This document shows, one piece after another, positions 17,922 to 28,187 of a stretch of 64,000 nt of DNA (positions are counted from its first letter, which is position 1; the number at the start of each line of letters is the position of its first letter). The translations under genes were made by a program, and so were the position numbers. The DNA is from Candidatus Zixiibacteriota bacterium (GTDB taxonomy: Bacteria; Zixibacteria; MSB-5A5; JAABVY01), in the NCBI GenBank assembly GCA_011056555.1, contig DSEQ01000032.1, positions 1,257 through 65,256 of the forward strand. Reading direction: 5' to 3'. The notes under the pieces are model-generated. The model did not search any database and was not told where the DNA came from. It was given only the letters and a program-made list of their open reading frames with translations.

Positions 17922-20283
17922 TGCGCTTCTTTTTTGGAAATACCAGCGACAAGACCTGGTCCGCGTCCTTGACCAGCTTGATATCCAGGCCGTCTGTAAT
18001 CTCTGTGGGAAGTTCCTCTATCTCCGCCTCATTTTTGCTGGGGCAGATTATCGTTTTGATTTTGGCCCTTTTGGCCGCTATAAATTTTTCGTTCAATCCG
18101 CCCACTGGAAGCACCTGTCCGGTCAATGTCAGCTCGCCGGTCAGGGCAATATCCGATGGAACCGGAATGTCGGTAACGGCCGACAGCATGGCTGCCAGTA
18201 ATGTTATGCCGGCCGAGGGACCATCTTTCGGCACAGCCCCCTCGGGAATATGAACATGGATTTCCTGTCTTTCGTAAAACTCTTTTTCCAGATGAAGTTT
18301 CTGGTAGTTGCTGCGGATGAATGAGAGTGCCGCCGCGGCAGATTCCTTCATCACATCTCCCAGCTTGCCGGTGAGATTCAATTTGCTTTTACCGGGCATC
18401 AGCGAGACCTCAACCGGAAGAATCTCGCCTCCGCTTTCGGTCCAGGCCAGCCCGTAGGCACGCCCCACGACGTTGTCTTTTATCCGCTCCATCTCAATGA
18501 ACCTGGGCGCGCCCATAATCTGCCTTACCTTGGCCCTGGTTATCTTGAAAGTTCTCTTCCTGGGATGTGTCAGGACATCCTCTGCGATTTTCCTGAAAAT
18601 CGCCGCTATCTTTCGTTCCAGCTCACGCACTCCGGATTCACGCGTGTAATCCCGGATGATTTGCAGTAGAACAGCCTGGTCCAGGTTAATAGTATATTTG
18701 GCAAGCCCCATCTCTTTTTTCAGGCGGGGAATGAGGTAATCCTGGGCAATATTGACTTTTTCAAAGTCAAGATATCCGGGAAGCCTGATAACCTCCATGC
18801 GGTCGATTAGCGCGGGAGGTATTCCTTGAAGCGTATTGGCGGTGGTCAAAAATAAAACCTGCGAGAGGTCATAATCGACCTCAAGGAAGTTATCCGAGAA
18901 ATTCTTGTTCTGTTCCGGGTCCAGGGCTTCCAGCAGTGCCGCCGCCGGATCGCCCTTGTAATCGGCGCCGACTTTGTCGATTTCATCTAACATGAATACC
19001 GGATTTGATGATCCCGCTCTTTTTATGGATTGAATCAGCCGCCCGGGAAGTGAGCCGATATAGGTTCTTCTGTGGCCCCTGATTTCGGCTTCGTCTTTCA
19101 TCCCGCCCAGCGACATACGGACGAACCTTCGGTTCAATGCCCTCGCCACCGATCTGCCGATGGAGGTTTTTCCGACTCCCGGAGGCCCCACCAGGCAGAG
19201 GATCGGCCCGCGCACCTTGCCGGCCAGACGGATTACCGCCAGATGTTCCATTATGCGCCGCTTTGGTTTTTTAAGCCCGTAATGATCCTCGTCCAGAATC
19301 GCCTTAACCTTGTCAAAGTCCTCATTGTCCCTGGTATAGTTCAGCCAGGGCAATCCCAGAATCCAGTCCAGATAGCCCCTGATAACTGCGGCCTCGGCTG
19401 AAAATGGATGCATCTTCTGGAGACGTTCGATTTCATCCCGGGCCTTTTTCTTGACTTCCCTGGGGGCCTTGAGCTTCCTCAGCTTATTTTCATACTTCTG
19501 AATATCCGCTCCGCCCTCTTCATACTGTCCCAGCTCCTCCTTGATAGCTTTGAGCTGATGTTGCAGGTAATATTCGCGCTGGCTCTTGAGCAGGGATTCC
19601 TTGACACTGGTGTCAATTGAATCCTGTATTTTAAGGATCTCGATTTCATTTTTCAGAATACCATCCAGCATTTTGAGCTGCTCGAAGACAGTGGATGCCT
19701 CCAGAATAGTCTGCCTGACTTTTAATTTGACCTCGAGATGAGCCGCCACAGTGTCGGCCAGTTTTTGATTGTCATCGATCTGTCCCAGATACATCAATAC
19801 CTCATCCGGTATCCGGTGGGACAGGCGCACATATTCCTCAAAATAGCGCGAGACCTGGCGTGAAAGTGCTTCAATATCGTTCTTCTGCGCTCCCAGGGAT
19901 ATTTTGGAAAATTCCAGTTCCGCGGTATAGCAGTTTTCATCCAGGTACATATCCGCGAGGTTCGCCCTGACCAGCCCTTCTATCAGCACCTTGATCATCT
20001 GGTTGGGGAGCTTCATCACCTGAAGCACGCGAGATACCATACCCACTTTGTACAGATCTTCCTGCTCGGGCTCTTCGACCTCGGCCTTGCGCTGCGTACA
20101 AAGAAAAATCAGCTTTTCCCCGACCATAGCTTCCTGCAGAGCATCGATAGAGAATTGACGTCCCAGGAGAAGAGGCACAACCATATTGGGAAAAATCACC
20201 ATATCACGCAGGGGCAAAAGCGGCAGAGAGTGGGGAATCTCGATCTTCTCGCCATTATGGCCTATGGTAATACCTTTATGCAC
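17899..20283 (-). CDS. lon: ATP-dependent Lon protease (LonA), copy 1
   Basis: LON N-terminal domain, AAA+ Walker [10 protein letters not shown] and the proteolytic serine motif PKDGPSAG. It sits immediately downstream of clpX. Confidence 0.95.
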   Translation of the reverse strand: MHKGITIGHNGEKIEIPHSLPLLPLRDMVIFPNMVVPLLLGRQFSIDALQEAMVGEKLIFLCTQRKAEVEEPEQEDLYKVGMVSRVLQVMKLPNQMIKVLIEGLVRANLADMYLDENCYTAELEFSKISLGAQKNDIEALSRQVSRYFEEYVRLSHRIPDEVLMYLGQIDDNQKLADTVAAHLEVKLKVRQTILEASTVFEQLKMLDGILKNEIEILKIQDSIDTSVKESLLKSQREYYLQHQLKAIKEELGQYEEGGADIQKYENKLRKLKAPREVKKKARDEIERLQKMHPFSAEAAVIRGYLDWILGLPWLNYTRDNEDFDKVKAILDEDHYGLKKPKRRIMEHLAVIRLAGKVRGPILCLVGPPGVGKTSIGRSVARALNRRFVRMSLGGMKDEAEIRGHRRTYIGSLPGRLIQSIKRAGSSNPVFMLDEIDKVGADYKGDPAAALLEALDPEQNKNFSDNFLEVDYDLSQVLFLTTANTLQGIPPALIDRMEVIRLPGYLDFEKVNIAQDYLIPRLKKEMGLAKYTINLDQAVLLQIIRDYTRESGVRELERKIAAIFRKIAEDVLTHPRKRTFKITRAKVRQIMGAPRFIEMERIKDNVVGRAYGLAWTESGGEILPVEVSLMPGKSKLNLTGKLGDVMKESAAAALSFIRSNYQKLHLEKEFYERQEIHVHIPEGAVPKDGPSAGITLLAAMLSAVTDIPVPSDIALTGELTLTGQVLPVGGLNEKFIAAKRAKIKTIICPSKNEAEIEELPTEITDGLDIKLVKDADQVLSLVFPKKKRNARTKKR

Positions 20284-21514
20284 TGCGTCTCTCTTTATGG
20301 ATCAGCTTTGGCTGGGATGCATTTCGAATCACATCTTCGGTGATGATGCATTTTACGATGTCTTCTTTTGAGGGCAGGTCGTACATAATTTCGAGCATGG
20401 CCTCTTCCATGATTCCTCTCAATGCACGCGCTCCGGTCTTCCTCTGCTGGGCTTTTTCGACTATCGCATCGAGTGCGTCTTCCTCGAATTCCAGCTCAAT
20501 ATTATCCATCTTGAAGAGCTTTTCGTACTGCTTGACCAGCGCATTGGCAGGCTCGGTCAATATTCTTCTCAGCGCAACAGTGGTAAGCTCATGCATACTG
20601 CTGATGACCGGCATGCGCCCCACCAGTTCGGGAATTAGTCCGTAATTTAGCAGGTCCTCCGGCTGGCACAGGTCCAGAATTTCACCGGTTTTCTTGCTGT
20701 CGATACTGGCCTTCTCGGCCTGAAATCCCAGGGCTTTCTTTCCCACTCTCCGCAGAATAATATTTTCCAGGCCGTCGAAGGCTCCCCCGCAGATGAACAG
20801 GATGTTCCTGGTATTGATCTTTATAAATTGCTGTTCGGGATGTTTGCGTCCACCCTTGGGGGGAATATTGGCCTCGGTACCCTCAAGCATCTTAAGTAGC
20901 GCCTGCTGTACACCCTCCCCGGAGACATCACGGGTAATCGAGGGATTGGCGTCACGACGCGAGATTTTATCGATCTCGTCGATATAGACAATACCGTACT
21001 CAGCCAGCTTGACATCATAGTCGGCTGCCTGAACCAGGCGCACAAGTATATTCTCTACATCCTCGCCCACATAACCGGCCTCGGTCAGCACGGTGGCATC
21101 AGCAATACAGAACGGCACTGAAAGCATTCGTGCCAGTGTCTGGGCGGCGAGTGTTTTGCCTGTACCTGTGGGCCCCAGGACAAGGATATTTGATTTATCC
21201 ATCTCCACATCATCTTTTTCATGCGGAGCCATCACTCTTTTGTAATGATTATAAACTGCAACCGAGATGGTCTTCTTGGCCTTTTCCTGCTCGATAATAT
21301 ACTTATCAAGGAAGGCCTTGATATCCGCTGGCTTCAGGAGTTTGAAGTCACGCGATATCTTGACCCGGCGCTCCTCTTCCTGCAGGATACGGTTGCAGAG
21401 CGTGATACATTCATTGCAGATAAGCGCATTGTCCCCGGAAAATAGTCTTGCCACCGGCGGGCTGGTGCGGCCGCAAAATGAACATCTTTTATCGACAAGT
21501 GGTGGTTTGGTCAT
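20276..21514 (-). CDS. clpX: ATP-dependent Clp protease ATP-binding subunit ClpX
   Basis: N-terminal zinc finger CSFCGR...CNEC, Walker A GPTGTGKT and [10 protein letters not shown] prefer the ATG at 21514, which has an upstream GGAG. Confidence 0.95.
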   Translation of the reverse strand: MTKPPLVDKRCSFCGRTSPPVARLFSGDNALICNECITLCNRILQEEERRVKISRDFKLLKPADIKAFLDKYIIEQEKAKKTISVAVYNHYKRVMAPHEKDDVEMDKSNILVLGPTGTGKTLAAQTLARMLSVPFCIADATVLTEAGYVGEDVENILVRLVQAADYDVKLAEYGIVYIDEIDKISRRDANPSITRDVSGEGVQQALLKMLEGTEANIPPKGGRKHPEQQFIKINTRNILFICGGAFDGLENIILRRVGKKALGFQAEKASIDSKKTGEILDLCQPEDLLNYGLIPELVGRMPVISSMHELTTVALRRILTEPANALVKQYEKLFKMDNIELEFEEDALDAIVEKAQQRKTGARALRGIMEEAMLEIMYDLPSKEDIVKCIITEDVIRNASQPKLIHKERRSA

Positions 21515-21584
21515 AAATAATCTCCAAAAAAATTGGGCTTTCCAGAAGCCCAACTTGCGAATTTATATTCTCTGCGAATTTAAA

Positions 21585-22169
21585 TCAAGCTCTTTTTTCA
21601 TAGACTTCATCGATCACGCCATAATTTTTGGCCTCCTCGGCGGACATCCAGTAATTTCGGTCTGTATCCTTCTCGATCTTCTTCAAATCCTGGCCGGTAT
21701 GTTTCGATAAAATCTGGTTTAAGATTTTCTTATGTGTTTGATACTCTTTGGTTTGTATCTCTATGTCGGTTACCTGACCCTGCACGCCGCCCCAGGGCTG
21801 ATGAATCATCACACGGGCATGGGGCAGGATCGAGCGCTTGCTCTTGGCGCCTGCTGTCAAAAGCAGCGCGCCCATACTGGCTGCCATACCCATACAGGTT
21901 GTGGCAACATCAGGTTTGATAAATTGCATCGTATCATATATAGCCATTCCGGCAGTAACCGAACCGCCGGGTGAATTGATATACATAAAGATATCTTTAT
22001 CCGGATCTTCCGCTTCCAGGAACAAAAGCTGCGCGATTACCAGGTTGGCAACATGATCATCTATGGGGGTGCCGATAAATACAATTCGATCCTTTAAAAG
22101 CCGTGAAAATATATCCCATGAGCGCTCGCCGCGTCCTGTCTGTTCTACTACTATGGGAACTAAAGGCAT
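21585..22169 (-). CDS. clpP: ATP-dependent Clp protease proteolytic subunit ClpP
   Basis: Motifs [16 protein letters not shown] (catalytic Ser) and IHQP (His). Confidence 0.95.
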   Translation of the reverse strand: MPLVPIVVEQTGRGERSWDIFSRLLKDRIVFIGTPIDDHVANLVIAQLLFLEAEDPDKDIFMYINSPGGSVTAGMAIYDTMQFIKPDVATTCMGMAASMGALLLTAGAKSKRSILPHARVMIHQPWGGVQGQVTDIEIQTKEYQTHKKILNQILSKHTGQDLKKIEKDTDRNYWMSAEEAKNYGVIDEVYEKRA

Positions 22170-22186
22170 AAGCTTCCTTTCTCTTT

Positions 22187-23455
22187 CTAATCCATTTCCT
22201 TGATCTCGGAATTTTCTATAATATAGTTTAAAACCTTCTCTTCCAGAATCGTTTCTTTTATATCCTGGATTTTTTTCTGGGCGGCCAGAAATTCCCTGGC
22301 CTTTTCCAGCTCCATATTTGCTCTATCGGCAAATCTCTGCAGCCACTTATCTGTGTCCTCTTTGGTGACAGTGATATTTTCCTTCTCGGCGATCTTGTGG
22401 TACAACAGGTTCCAGCGAATAAAGCGGATTCCGGTAGCCCGGTATTTTTCACGAATCTCGGCCTCATCGGCCTCCTGATCCGGGTACTGCTGCTTAACAT
22501 CTTCTACAACTGAATCCAGGTAATTATCCAGCAGCGACTTCGGCAGCTCGAAATCATTGGCCGCTATCACTGATTTTACCGCCTGATCCTTGATATCGCC
22601 CTCGATTTCCTGTTTGCGGCGTTCCAAAAGATCGGCCCGGATTTTTTCCTTCAGCTCTTTTTCATCTTTGGCGCCGTCGAATTGCTTGAAAAACTCCTCA
22701 TTCAACTCTGGACGAACTATCTCCTTGATTTCCTTGACCTTAACATTAAACCCCAGGCTCTTTCCGGCCATGCTTTTATCATAATAATCCTCGGGATAGG
22801 TGACGCTGATCTGACGTTCGTCGCCCGGTTTGGTGCCAATCAGATTCTCGGTAAACTCGGGTAAGGTAACTTCCTTGTTGAGCTCAAAGGTGAAATCGGT
22901 CATCTTTTCGTCATCTATGATATTATCAGGATCGGAGGTTTTCTCCATGTCCACAATCACAATGTCGCCTTCCTCGGCCGCGGCGCCCTCATCTTTGGCT
23001 TTCATTGATGAATGCTGGTCAATTATGCGGTTATAAGCCTTGTCAACATCGCCTTCATTAATAGTGGCCGGCTCTTTTTTCAATGTGAACCCTGTATATT
23101 TTTCGACCCCGAATTCCGGCTTTACATCAAATTCGGCCGAAAATTCGATCGGTTTGCCCTCTTCGATTGTAATCGTGGAAAATTCCGGCTCGCTGATCGG
23201 AAAGACGCCCGATTCCTTGATAGCATCGGTATAGGCGTCCGGGACCATAGTCTCCAGCACCTCTTTTTCGGCCAGTTTTCCGTAACGGGATTTGATTATA
23301 TTCAGAGGAGCTTTGCCGGGACGGAATCCGGGGATTTTGGCTTCACGTCTGAGGACTTTGTAAACCTCGTCAAATTTGCTGCTGACATCTTCTTCGGGAA
23401 TTGTGATTGTTATTTTCCTGCGCCAGTTCTGTTCTTCTTTGATATCGTATTTCAA
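22187..23455 (-). CDS. tig: trigger factor
   Basis: The ribosome-binding signature GFRPGKAP is present. The protein is acidic, 422 aa long and sits upstream of clpP-clpX. Confidence 0.9.
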   Translation of the reverse strand: MKYDIKEEQNWRRKITITIPEEDVSSKFDEVYKVLRREAKIPGFRPGKAPLNIIKSRYGKLAEKEVLETMVPDAYTDAIKESGVFPISEPEFSTITIEEGKPIEFSAEFDVKPEFGVEKYTGFTLKKEPATINEGDVDKAYNRIIDQHSSMKAKDEGAAAEEGDIVIVDMEKTSDPDNIIDDEKMTDFTFELNKEVTLPEFTENLIGTKPGDERQISVTYPEDYYDKSMAGKSLGFNVKVKEIKEIVRPELNEEFFKQFDGAKDEKELKEKIRADLLERRKQEIEGDIKDQAVKSVIAANDFELPKSLLDNYLDSVVEDVKQQYPDQEADEAEIREKYRATGIRFIRWNLLYHKIAEKENITVTKEDTDKWLQRFADRANMELEKAREFLAAQKKIQDIKETILEEKVLNYIIENSEIKEMD

Positions 23456-23530
23456 TTATCCTCCTGGGAGATTAATTTGTTTCACTTTCACAATATGTCA
23501 TAAAGGGACAATTTGTTCCAAATTAAAATA

Positions 23531-23615
<85 letters not shown>

Positions 23616-23725
23616 AAAAATGGTCAAATTTCAACTGGTCAATATATAAAAATAGGCTATCACGGGCAAGGTTTTTCACTCATTGGCGGGAGAATGTGAT
23701 ATTGGTAGAGGCGGCCAGCCTTCCT

Positions 23726-23875
23726 GTAGGGCATGATCCCTGTGATCATGCCTGTCTTTATGGGTGCCGCCGACAAACTTGTTTGTCGGCGATGGCAGGT
23801 TCGCAGGGAACCTGCCCTACTATCCTTTCGGCGTGAGAGATTTTGTAGGTCAAATCTCACAGACTTTTGACCTAC
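23726..23875. repeat. intergenic cluster of four consecutive perfect hairpins, including GTAGGTCAAA family copy 2
   Basis: Four hairpins are present. (1) GGCATGATC-CCTGT-GATCATGCC. (2) GCCGACAA-ACTTGT-TTGTCGGC, preceded by TGGGTGCCGCC. (3) GGCAGGTT-CGCAGGG-AACCTGCC. (4) GTAGGTCAAA-TCTCACAGACT-TTTGACCTAC at 23845-23875. Confidence 0.7.
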
Positions 23876-23923
23876 GCTTTCCCATTTTTTCAAGCAAACT
23901 GCCGCAAGTTATCAAATAGTCAA

Positions 23924-26900
23924 CTAGTCTTTGACACAACGAACAGAAAAACCGTTCCGCTTATAATTGCCGTAACGGTGGGTCTGGGAATAGTCGTAAT
24001 CCAGGCCACGGTACCATGCGTAGTCACTGCCGCCCTCTGTAGACGACCAATAGTGAGCGTAGATACCCAGACCGTTGAAGGCGCCATCGATGGAACTGTA
24101 TCCGCCAGGCAGCGCGGTAAAACCACTTTCATTGGTTGCGCCAGTGTTAGGACTCTGCCAGTGCGTTGTGCCTGTTTGCTTTAACTTGCCTCCTTCATCG
24201 GTACCTCGCCAGCCAATAGCATCAGCCTCTGCCTGACTCATGCCAAGATACATCTCCAATTGCTTCAGCTCCGCATCGCTGGGAACATGCCAGCCTTCGG
24301 GTGAGATATTTCTACTGTCATTTACGGCATACCAATTATACAATCTCCCATAAATAGCAACATTGGCCGGATCATTATTATAGTCGCAATAGGCCCCGGT
24401 GGAAAGTCCTGACCAGGTGCCGCCGTCTGTCACATTCGGAATAGAGTCGCCATTGCGATAATGAGTGACCTTCAAATTTTCACACATCCACCATTGATCG
24501 CCGATTTTTATGGTTTGATATACATTACCGTCGTAGTCGGTAACAGTTCCGGTTGAATCGGGAGCCTCCATGTAATTTCCATCGAAATTTGCTGTATCGC
24601 CCCAGCTTATTGTGTATCGAAGATTTGCAGGTTTTATCCAGTCCGGGACAATTCCCCAGGTGATCGTATAATCTCCGATTTCAAGATTGGTCAAGGTATC
24701 GTCCCCATTTCCGCTTGAAGTATAACCGTCAGGTCCTGAAATCGACCATGGTGCATTGATTGAATCCGGTATTGAATTTATAAATATCGTGCCAGGTGTG
24801 TCTTTAATACAGCGTATGGATAATCCGGCTTCCTTCGTATACATGAGTGCGCATCCGCGACCGATTTGCGACATCCCGCAATGCAGGAATCTAAACAACC
24901 CATGGTCAATATCGCATTCGGAGAAAGACCAGAAGCGGGCCATCTCATGCAAAAAAGTGTATTCTCCCGTGTCAAGCCTGTAACCTCCCGGGAGTGCTGT
25001 GAAAGCAAATTCATTGGTGGCACCTGTATTGGGATCGAGCCAGTGCGTTGTGCCGATTTGCTTTAACTTGCCTCCTTCATCGGTACCACGCCAGCCGGAA
25101 GAATCAGTCGATTCCTGGCTCATGCCCAGAAACATCTCAAGCTGTTTCCACTCGGCATCAGTGGGCACATGCCAGCCATCAGGGGCGACATTGCGGCCGT
25201 CATTTACAGCATGCCAGTTATATAGTCTGCCATAGACAGGTACATGGTCCGTATCGTTGTTATAGCTGCAATATGCTCCCGTTGTTAGATTTTCCCAGTC
25301 TATATCATCGGTCACATTTGGTATGGAATCGCCATTGTGATAATGCGTGACCTTCAGATTCTCACACATCCACCATTGATCGCCGATTTTGATTGTTTGA
25401 TATACATTGCCGTCATAGTCGGAAACCGTTCCGGTTGAGTCGGGAGCTTCCATGTAATTTCCATCAATATTTATCGTTTCGCCCCACGTTATTGTGTATC
25501 GAAGATTTGCAGGTCTTATCCAGTCGGGGACAATTCCCCAGGAGATCGTATAATCTCCGATTTCAAGATTGGTCAATGTGTCGTCTCCGTTTCCGCTTGA
25601 AGTATAACCGTCAGGTCCTGTGATTGACCATGGTGCATTAATGGAATCCGGTATTGAATTTATAAATATCGTGCCGGGTGTATTTTGGATGCAGCGTATT
25701 GAATAACCATACCTACAATGGATGCTGTTGCGGCGAACTTGAGCATATTGATAATATAGCTGTCGATACCATGCGCTATAATCACCCGCAATTGTGGACG
25801 ACCAAAAAGCTGCATACCAGCCCCAAGCATGGAGGAAGCTTCCATTGTCATGACGATACACCCCGGGTAAAGCTGTAAAGCCACTTTCGTTGGTCGCTCC
25901 AGAGTTAGGGTTATCCCAATATACTGTTCCGGTGTCCTTCAATTTGCCGCCTTCATTAGTGCCGCGCCAATCTAATCCATCGGCTTCTGCCTGGGGCATT
26001 CCAAGAAACATCTCCAATTGTTTCCATTCAGCATCGGTAGGCACATGCCATCCTTCCGGCGCAATACTGCGGCTGTCATCTACGGCAAACCAATTATATA
26101 GCCTTCCAAAAACGGGAACGTTTTCTTCATTATTGTCGTAGTTGCAATAGGCTCCGGTTGATAGATTCACCCAGGTGGCACTGTCTGGAATATGGGATAT
26201 AGGATCACCGTTGCGATAGTGAGTGGCCTTCAGGTTTTCAGCCATCCACCATTGATCGCCGATTTTGATGGTTTGATAGACATTACCATCAAAATCGGAT
26301 ACTGTTCCGGTCGAATCTGGCGCTTCGGAATATGTACCTGCAAAAATCATGGTATGATTTGGCACGAAATTACGAGTTGAGCCGCAGGGCCGCAGCCATC
26401 CGAACACGGGTTCCCATGTTAGTATATATTCGCCGGCTTCAAGGTTAGATAACGTATCATCACCATTTCCACTTGCGGTATATCCATTTGGGCCTGAGAG
26501 TGACCATGGGGCGTTGATAAAATCAGGCGAAGGGTTGACTGCGATCCTGCCTGGGCTGTCTTTCACGCATCGAACAGATAGTCCGAAAATTTCAAAGACA
26601 TCCTCGCGTTGAATCTGTGAGTAGGAGTAAGCAAGTGCACGTATAATAATTTCACCACTAAAGTCCACCGTAGAGCACCAAAATGCGATAACATTATAAA
26701 TATCGTGGAATTGACTGAATTCGCCCCGGTAGCCTGCAGGAAGAGCGGTAAAACCACTTGAGTTAGTGGCTCCTTCATTGGGGCTTGCCCAATGATCAGT
26801 TCCGGCTTCTTTCAACTTGCCGCCTTCATCCGTGCCGCGCCAGTCCCATGAATCCGCCTGTGCCTGATCCATGCCGAGATACATTTCCAGTTGTTTCCAT

Positions 26901-27502
26901 TCACCATCAGTCGGCACATGCCATCCTTCCGGTGCCAACTTGCGGCTGTCATCTACTGCATACCAGTTGTATAATCTGCCATACGTTTCGACATGATCTT
27001 CATTATTGTCGAAGTTGCAGTAGGCACCGGATGTCAAATCCTGCCAGGTCGCGCTGTCGGGCGCATGGGATACGGGGTCGCCATTGCGGTAATGGGTAAC
27101 CTTTAGATTTTCCATCATCCAGCATTGATCACCGATCAAAACTGTCTGATAGACATTTCCATCGTAATCGGTTATTGTGGATGGACAGTTGGGATCGCAG
27201 TCTGGAAAACCGTCGCCATTGACGTCGCACGGATCATTTCCTTCTATAAATACATAATTGATTATCCACACCGCGTCACTGATATTTACTGATCCGTCGC
27301 AATTTACCTCACCAGATAAGAAGGGGTCAGGCTCAGGTCCACCAATAAATACATAATTAACAATCCAGACTGCATCACTGACATTAACAGAGGCATCATT
27401 GTTCGCATCTCCGCAAATATCTTGAGCCGGCAAATTTTTAGTGCTTAATCCAATAAAGACGATTATTGTGGCAAGGGCGAGGAGATGAAAATTGATCCGC
27501 AT
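23924..27502 (-). CDS. secreted 1,192-aa protein: dockerin-like repeat pair + four FISUMP domains separated by three Ig-like spacers
   Basis: I prefer the ATG at 27502 after GGGAGGAGGGATATC. It gives the signal peptide MRINFHLLALATIIVFIGLS. The dockerin-like repeats are GDANNDASVNVSDAVWIVNYVF and VNCDGSVNISDAVWIINYVF. The FISUMP consensus (DGNVYQT..IGDQ.WM.ENLK.THY.NGD / YGRLYNW.AV.D.R / GWHVPTD.EWKQLE / S.RC.KD) occurs four times. Confidence 0.85.
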   Translation of the reverse strand: MRINFHLLALATIIVFIGLSTKNLPAQDICGDANNDASVNVSDAVWIVNYVFIGGPEPDPFLSGEVNCDGSVNISDAVWIINYVFIEGNDPCDVNGDGFPDCDPNCPSTITDYDGNVYQTVLIGDQCWMMENLKVTHYRNGDPVSHAPDSATWQDLTSGAYCNFDNNEDHVETYGRLYNWYAVDDSRKLAPEGWHVPTDGEWKQLEMYLGMDQAQADSWDWRGTDEGGKLKEAGTDHWASPNEGATNSSGFTALPAGYRGEFSQFHDIYNVIAFWCSTVDFSGEIIIRALAYSYSQIQREDVFEIFGLSVRCVKDSPGRIAVNPSPDFINAPWSLSGPNGYTASGNGDDTLSNLEAGEYILTWEPVFGWLRPCGSTRNFVPNHTMIFAGTYSEAPDSTGTVSDFDGNVYQTIKIGDQWWMAENLKATHYRNGDPISHIPDSATWVNLSTGAYCNYDNNEENVPVFGRLYNWFAVDDSRSIAPEGWHVPTDAEWKQLEMFLGMPQAEADGLDWRGTNEGGKLKDTGTVYWDNPNSGATNESGFTALPGVYRHDNGSFLHAWGWYAAFWSSTIAGDYSAWYRQLYYQYAQVRRNSIHCRYGYSIRCIQNTPGTIFINSIPDSINAPWSITGPDGYTSSGNGDDTLTNLEIGDYTISWGIVPDWIRPANLRYTITWGETINIDGNYMEAPDSTGTVSDYDGNVYQTIKIGDQWWMCENLKVTHYHNGDSIPNVTDDIDWENLTTGAYCSYNNDTDHVPVYGRLYNWHAVNDGRNVAPDGWHVPTDAEWKQLEMFLGMSQESTDSSGWRGTDEGGKLKQIGTTHWLDPNTGATNEFAFTALPGGYRLDTGEYTFLHEMARFWSFSECDIDHGLFRFLHCGMSQIGRGCALMYTKEAGLSIRCIKDTPGTIFINSIPDSINAPWSISGPDGYTSSGNGDDTLTNLEIGDYTITWGIVPDWIKPANLRYTISWGDTANFDGNYMEAPDSTGTVTDYDGNVYQTIKIGDQWWMCENLKVTHYRNGDSIPNVTDGGTWSGLSTGAYCDYNNDPANVAIYGRLYNWYAVNDSRNISPEGWHVPSDAELKQLEMYLGMSQAEADAIGWRGTDEGGKLKQTGTTHWQSPNTGATNESGFTALPGGYSSIDGAFNGLGIYAHYWSSTEGGSDYAWYRGLDYDYSQTHRYGNYKRNGFSVRCVKD
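24425..24799. repeat. tandem duplication unit, copy A (spacer plus start of FISUMP module 4)
   Basis: By eye, about 115 of 125 encoded residues are identical to copy B, with high nucleotide similarity. It is offset exactly 882 bp (294 codons) from copy B. Confidence 0.8.
25307..25681. repeat. tandem duplication unit, copy B (spacer plus start of FISUMP module 3)
   Basis: Encodes TPGTIFINSIPDSINAPWSITGPDGYTSSGNGDDTLTNLEIGDYTISWGIVPDWIRPANLRYTITWG...DGNVYQTIKIGDQWWMCENLKVTHYHNGDSIPNVTD, which is nearly identical to copy A. Confidence 0.8.
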
Positions 27503-27679
27503 GATGATATCCCTCCTCCCGGGATAAAAATTAGATTGTAGATTCAGAAGGGTGCGCCCCATTTGGCTGCAGATTACAAAGGTGTTTTAAGAAACTAAAA
27601 ACCCCTCGTGGAGGTAAAGTCAAAATATCTAATGATTAGAAGCATGACCCTCCCAATAATTTGTGAAGTTCTCAAAAAT

Positions 27680-27707
27680 ACTATACCGCACTTCTCACAG
27701 ATGTCAA
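27680..27707 (-). promoter_or_regulatory. sigma70-like promoter candidate for the four-module FISUMP gene
   Basis: The reverse strand reads TTGACA (27702-27707) - N16 - TATAGT (27680-27685). This implies a ~170-nt 5' UTR. Confidence 0.45.
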
Positions 27708-27823
27708 GGGATTTTTCAGATTTCTCGGGTCCATCTCGGGCAGGCTGTCCTCTGATTTCATAATCACCAAAAAAATACCCCCGCAATTAACGAGGGTACA
27801 ATTCCCGGATCAAAATTCTATGT

Positions 27824-28186
27824 TCAGACAGTAATCGGATTTAAAAGTTCCTGTATCTTGGTCTTGAGCTCATCCAGATCTCCCGACTTGGTGACATAAG
27901 CATCAGCCAGCCAGGAGGTGAACTCGTTTTTGTAATGGGAGTAGGCAGAGTTTAGTATCACCGGCTTGTCCTTGCGCAGTTCCTTGAGTTTCTGTAAGAC
28001 CTCCAGCCCCTCCATGCCGCCCAGCTTGATATCGAGTATCACCAGGTCGGGCTTGAATGAGCCGGCCATGTCGAGAGCCGTCGGTCCATCCCTGGCGACC
28101 TCAACATGATAGCCCTCATCCTCGAGCTCCATACGATAGAGATCGAGAAGATGGGGCTCGTCCTCAACAACTAATACCCTGGACAT
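27824..28186 (-). CDS. single-domain response regulator (CheY-like receiver only)
   Basis: I prefer the ATG at 28186. The product reads MSRVLVVEDEP...DLVILDIKLGGM...KPVIL, with acidic pocket, phospho-acceptor Asp and Lys signatures. There is no output domain. It starts 2 nt after the kinase stop. Confidence 0.85.
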   Translation of the reverse strand: MSRVLVVEDEPHLLDLYRMELEDEGYHVEVARDGPTALDMAGSFKPDLVILDIKLGGMEGLEVLQKLKELRKDKPVILNSAYSHYKNEFTSWLADAYVTKSGDLDELKTKIQELLNPITV

Positions 28187-28187
28187 T

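Noticed and set aside
23726-23875. Whether any of the hairpin clusters (8200, 23726, 31811, 33250, 38690, 40410) is a CRISPR array
   Set aside because: There is no constant direct repeat, no regular repeat-spacer periodicity and no cas genes. The units are inverted repeats with differing stems.
23924-27502. A diversity-generating retroelement acting on the FISUMP cassettes
   Set aside because: No reverse transcriptase, accessory gene or template repeat is present in this window, and I could not verify adenine-specific mismatch patterns by eye. It is kept only as a test suggested in a finding.
27595-27786. 63-aa minus-strand ORF between the response regulator and the giant FISUMP gene
   Set aside because: It overlaps the predicted promoter and 5' UTR of the FISUMP gene, has no RBS and has implausible composition.
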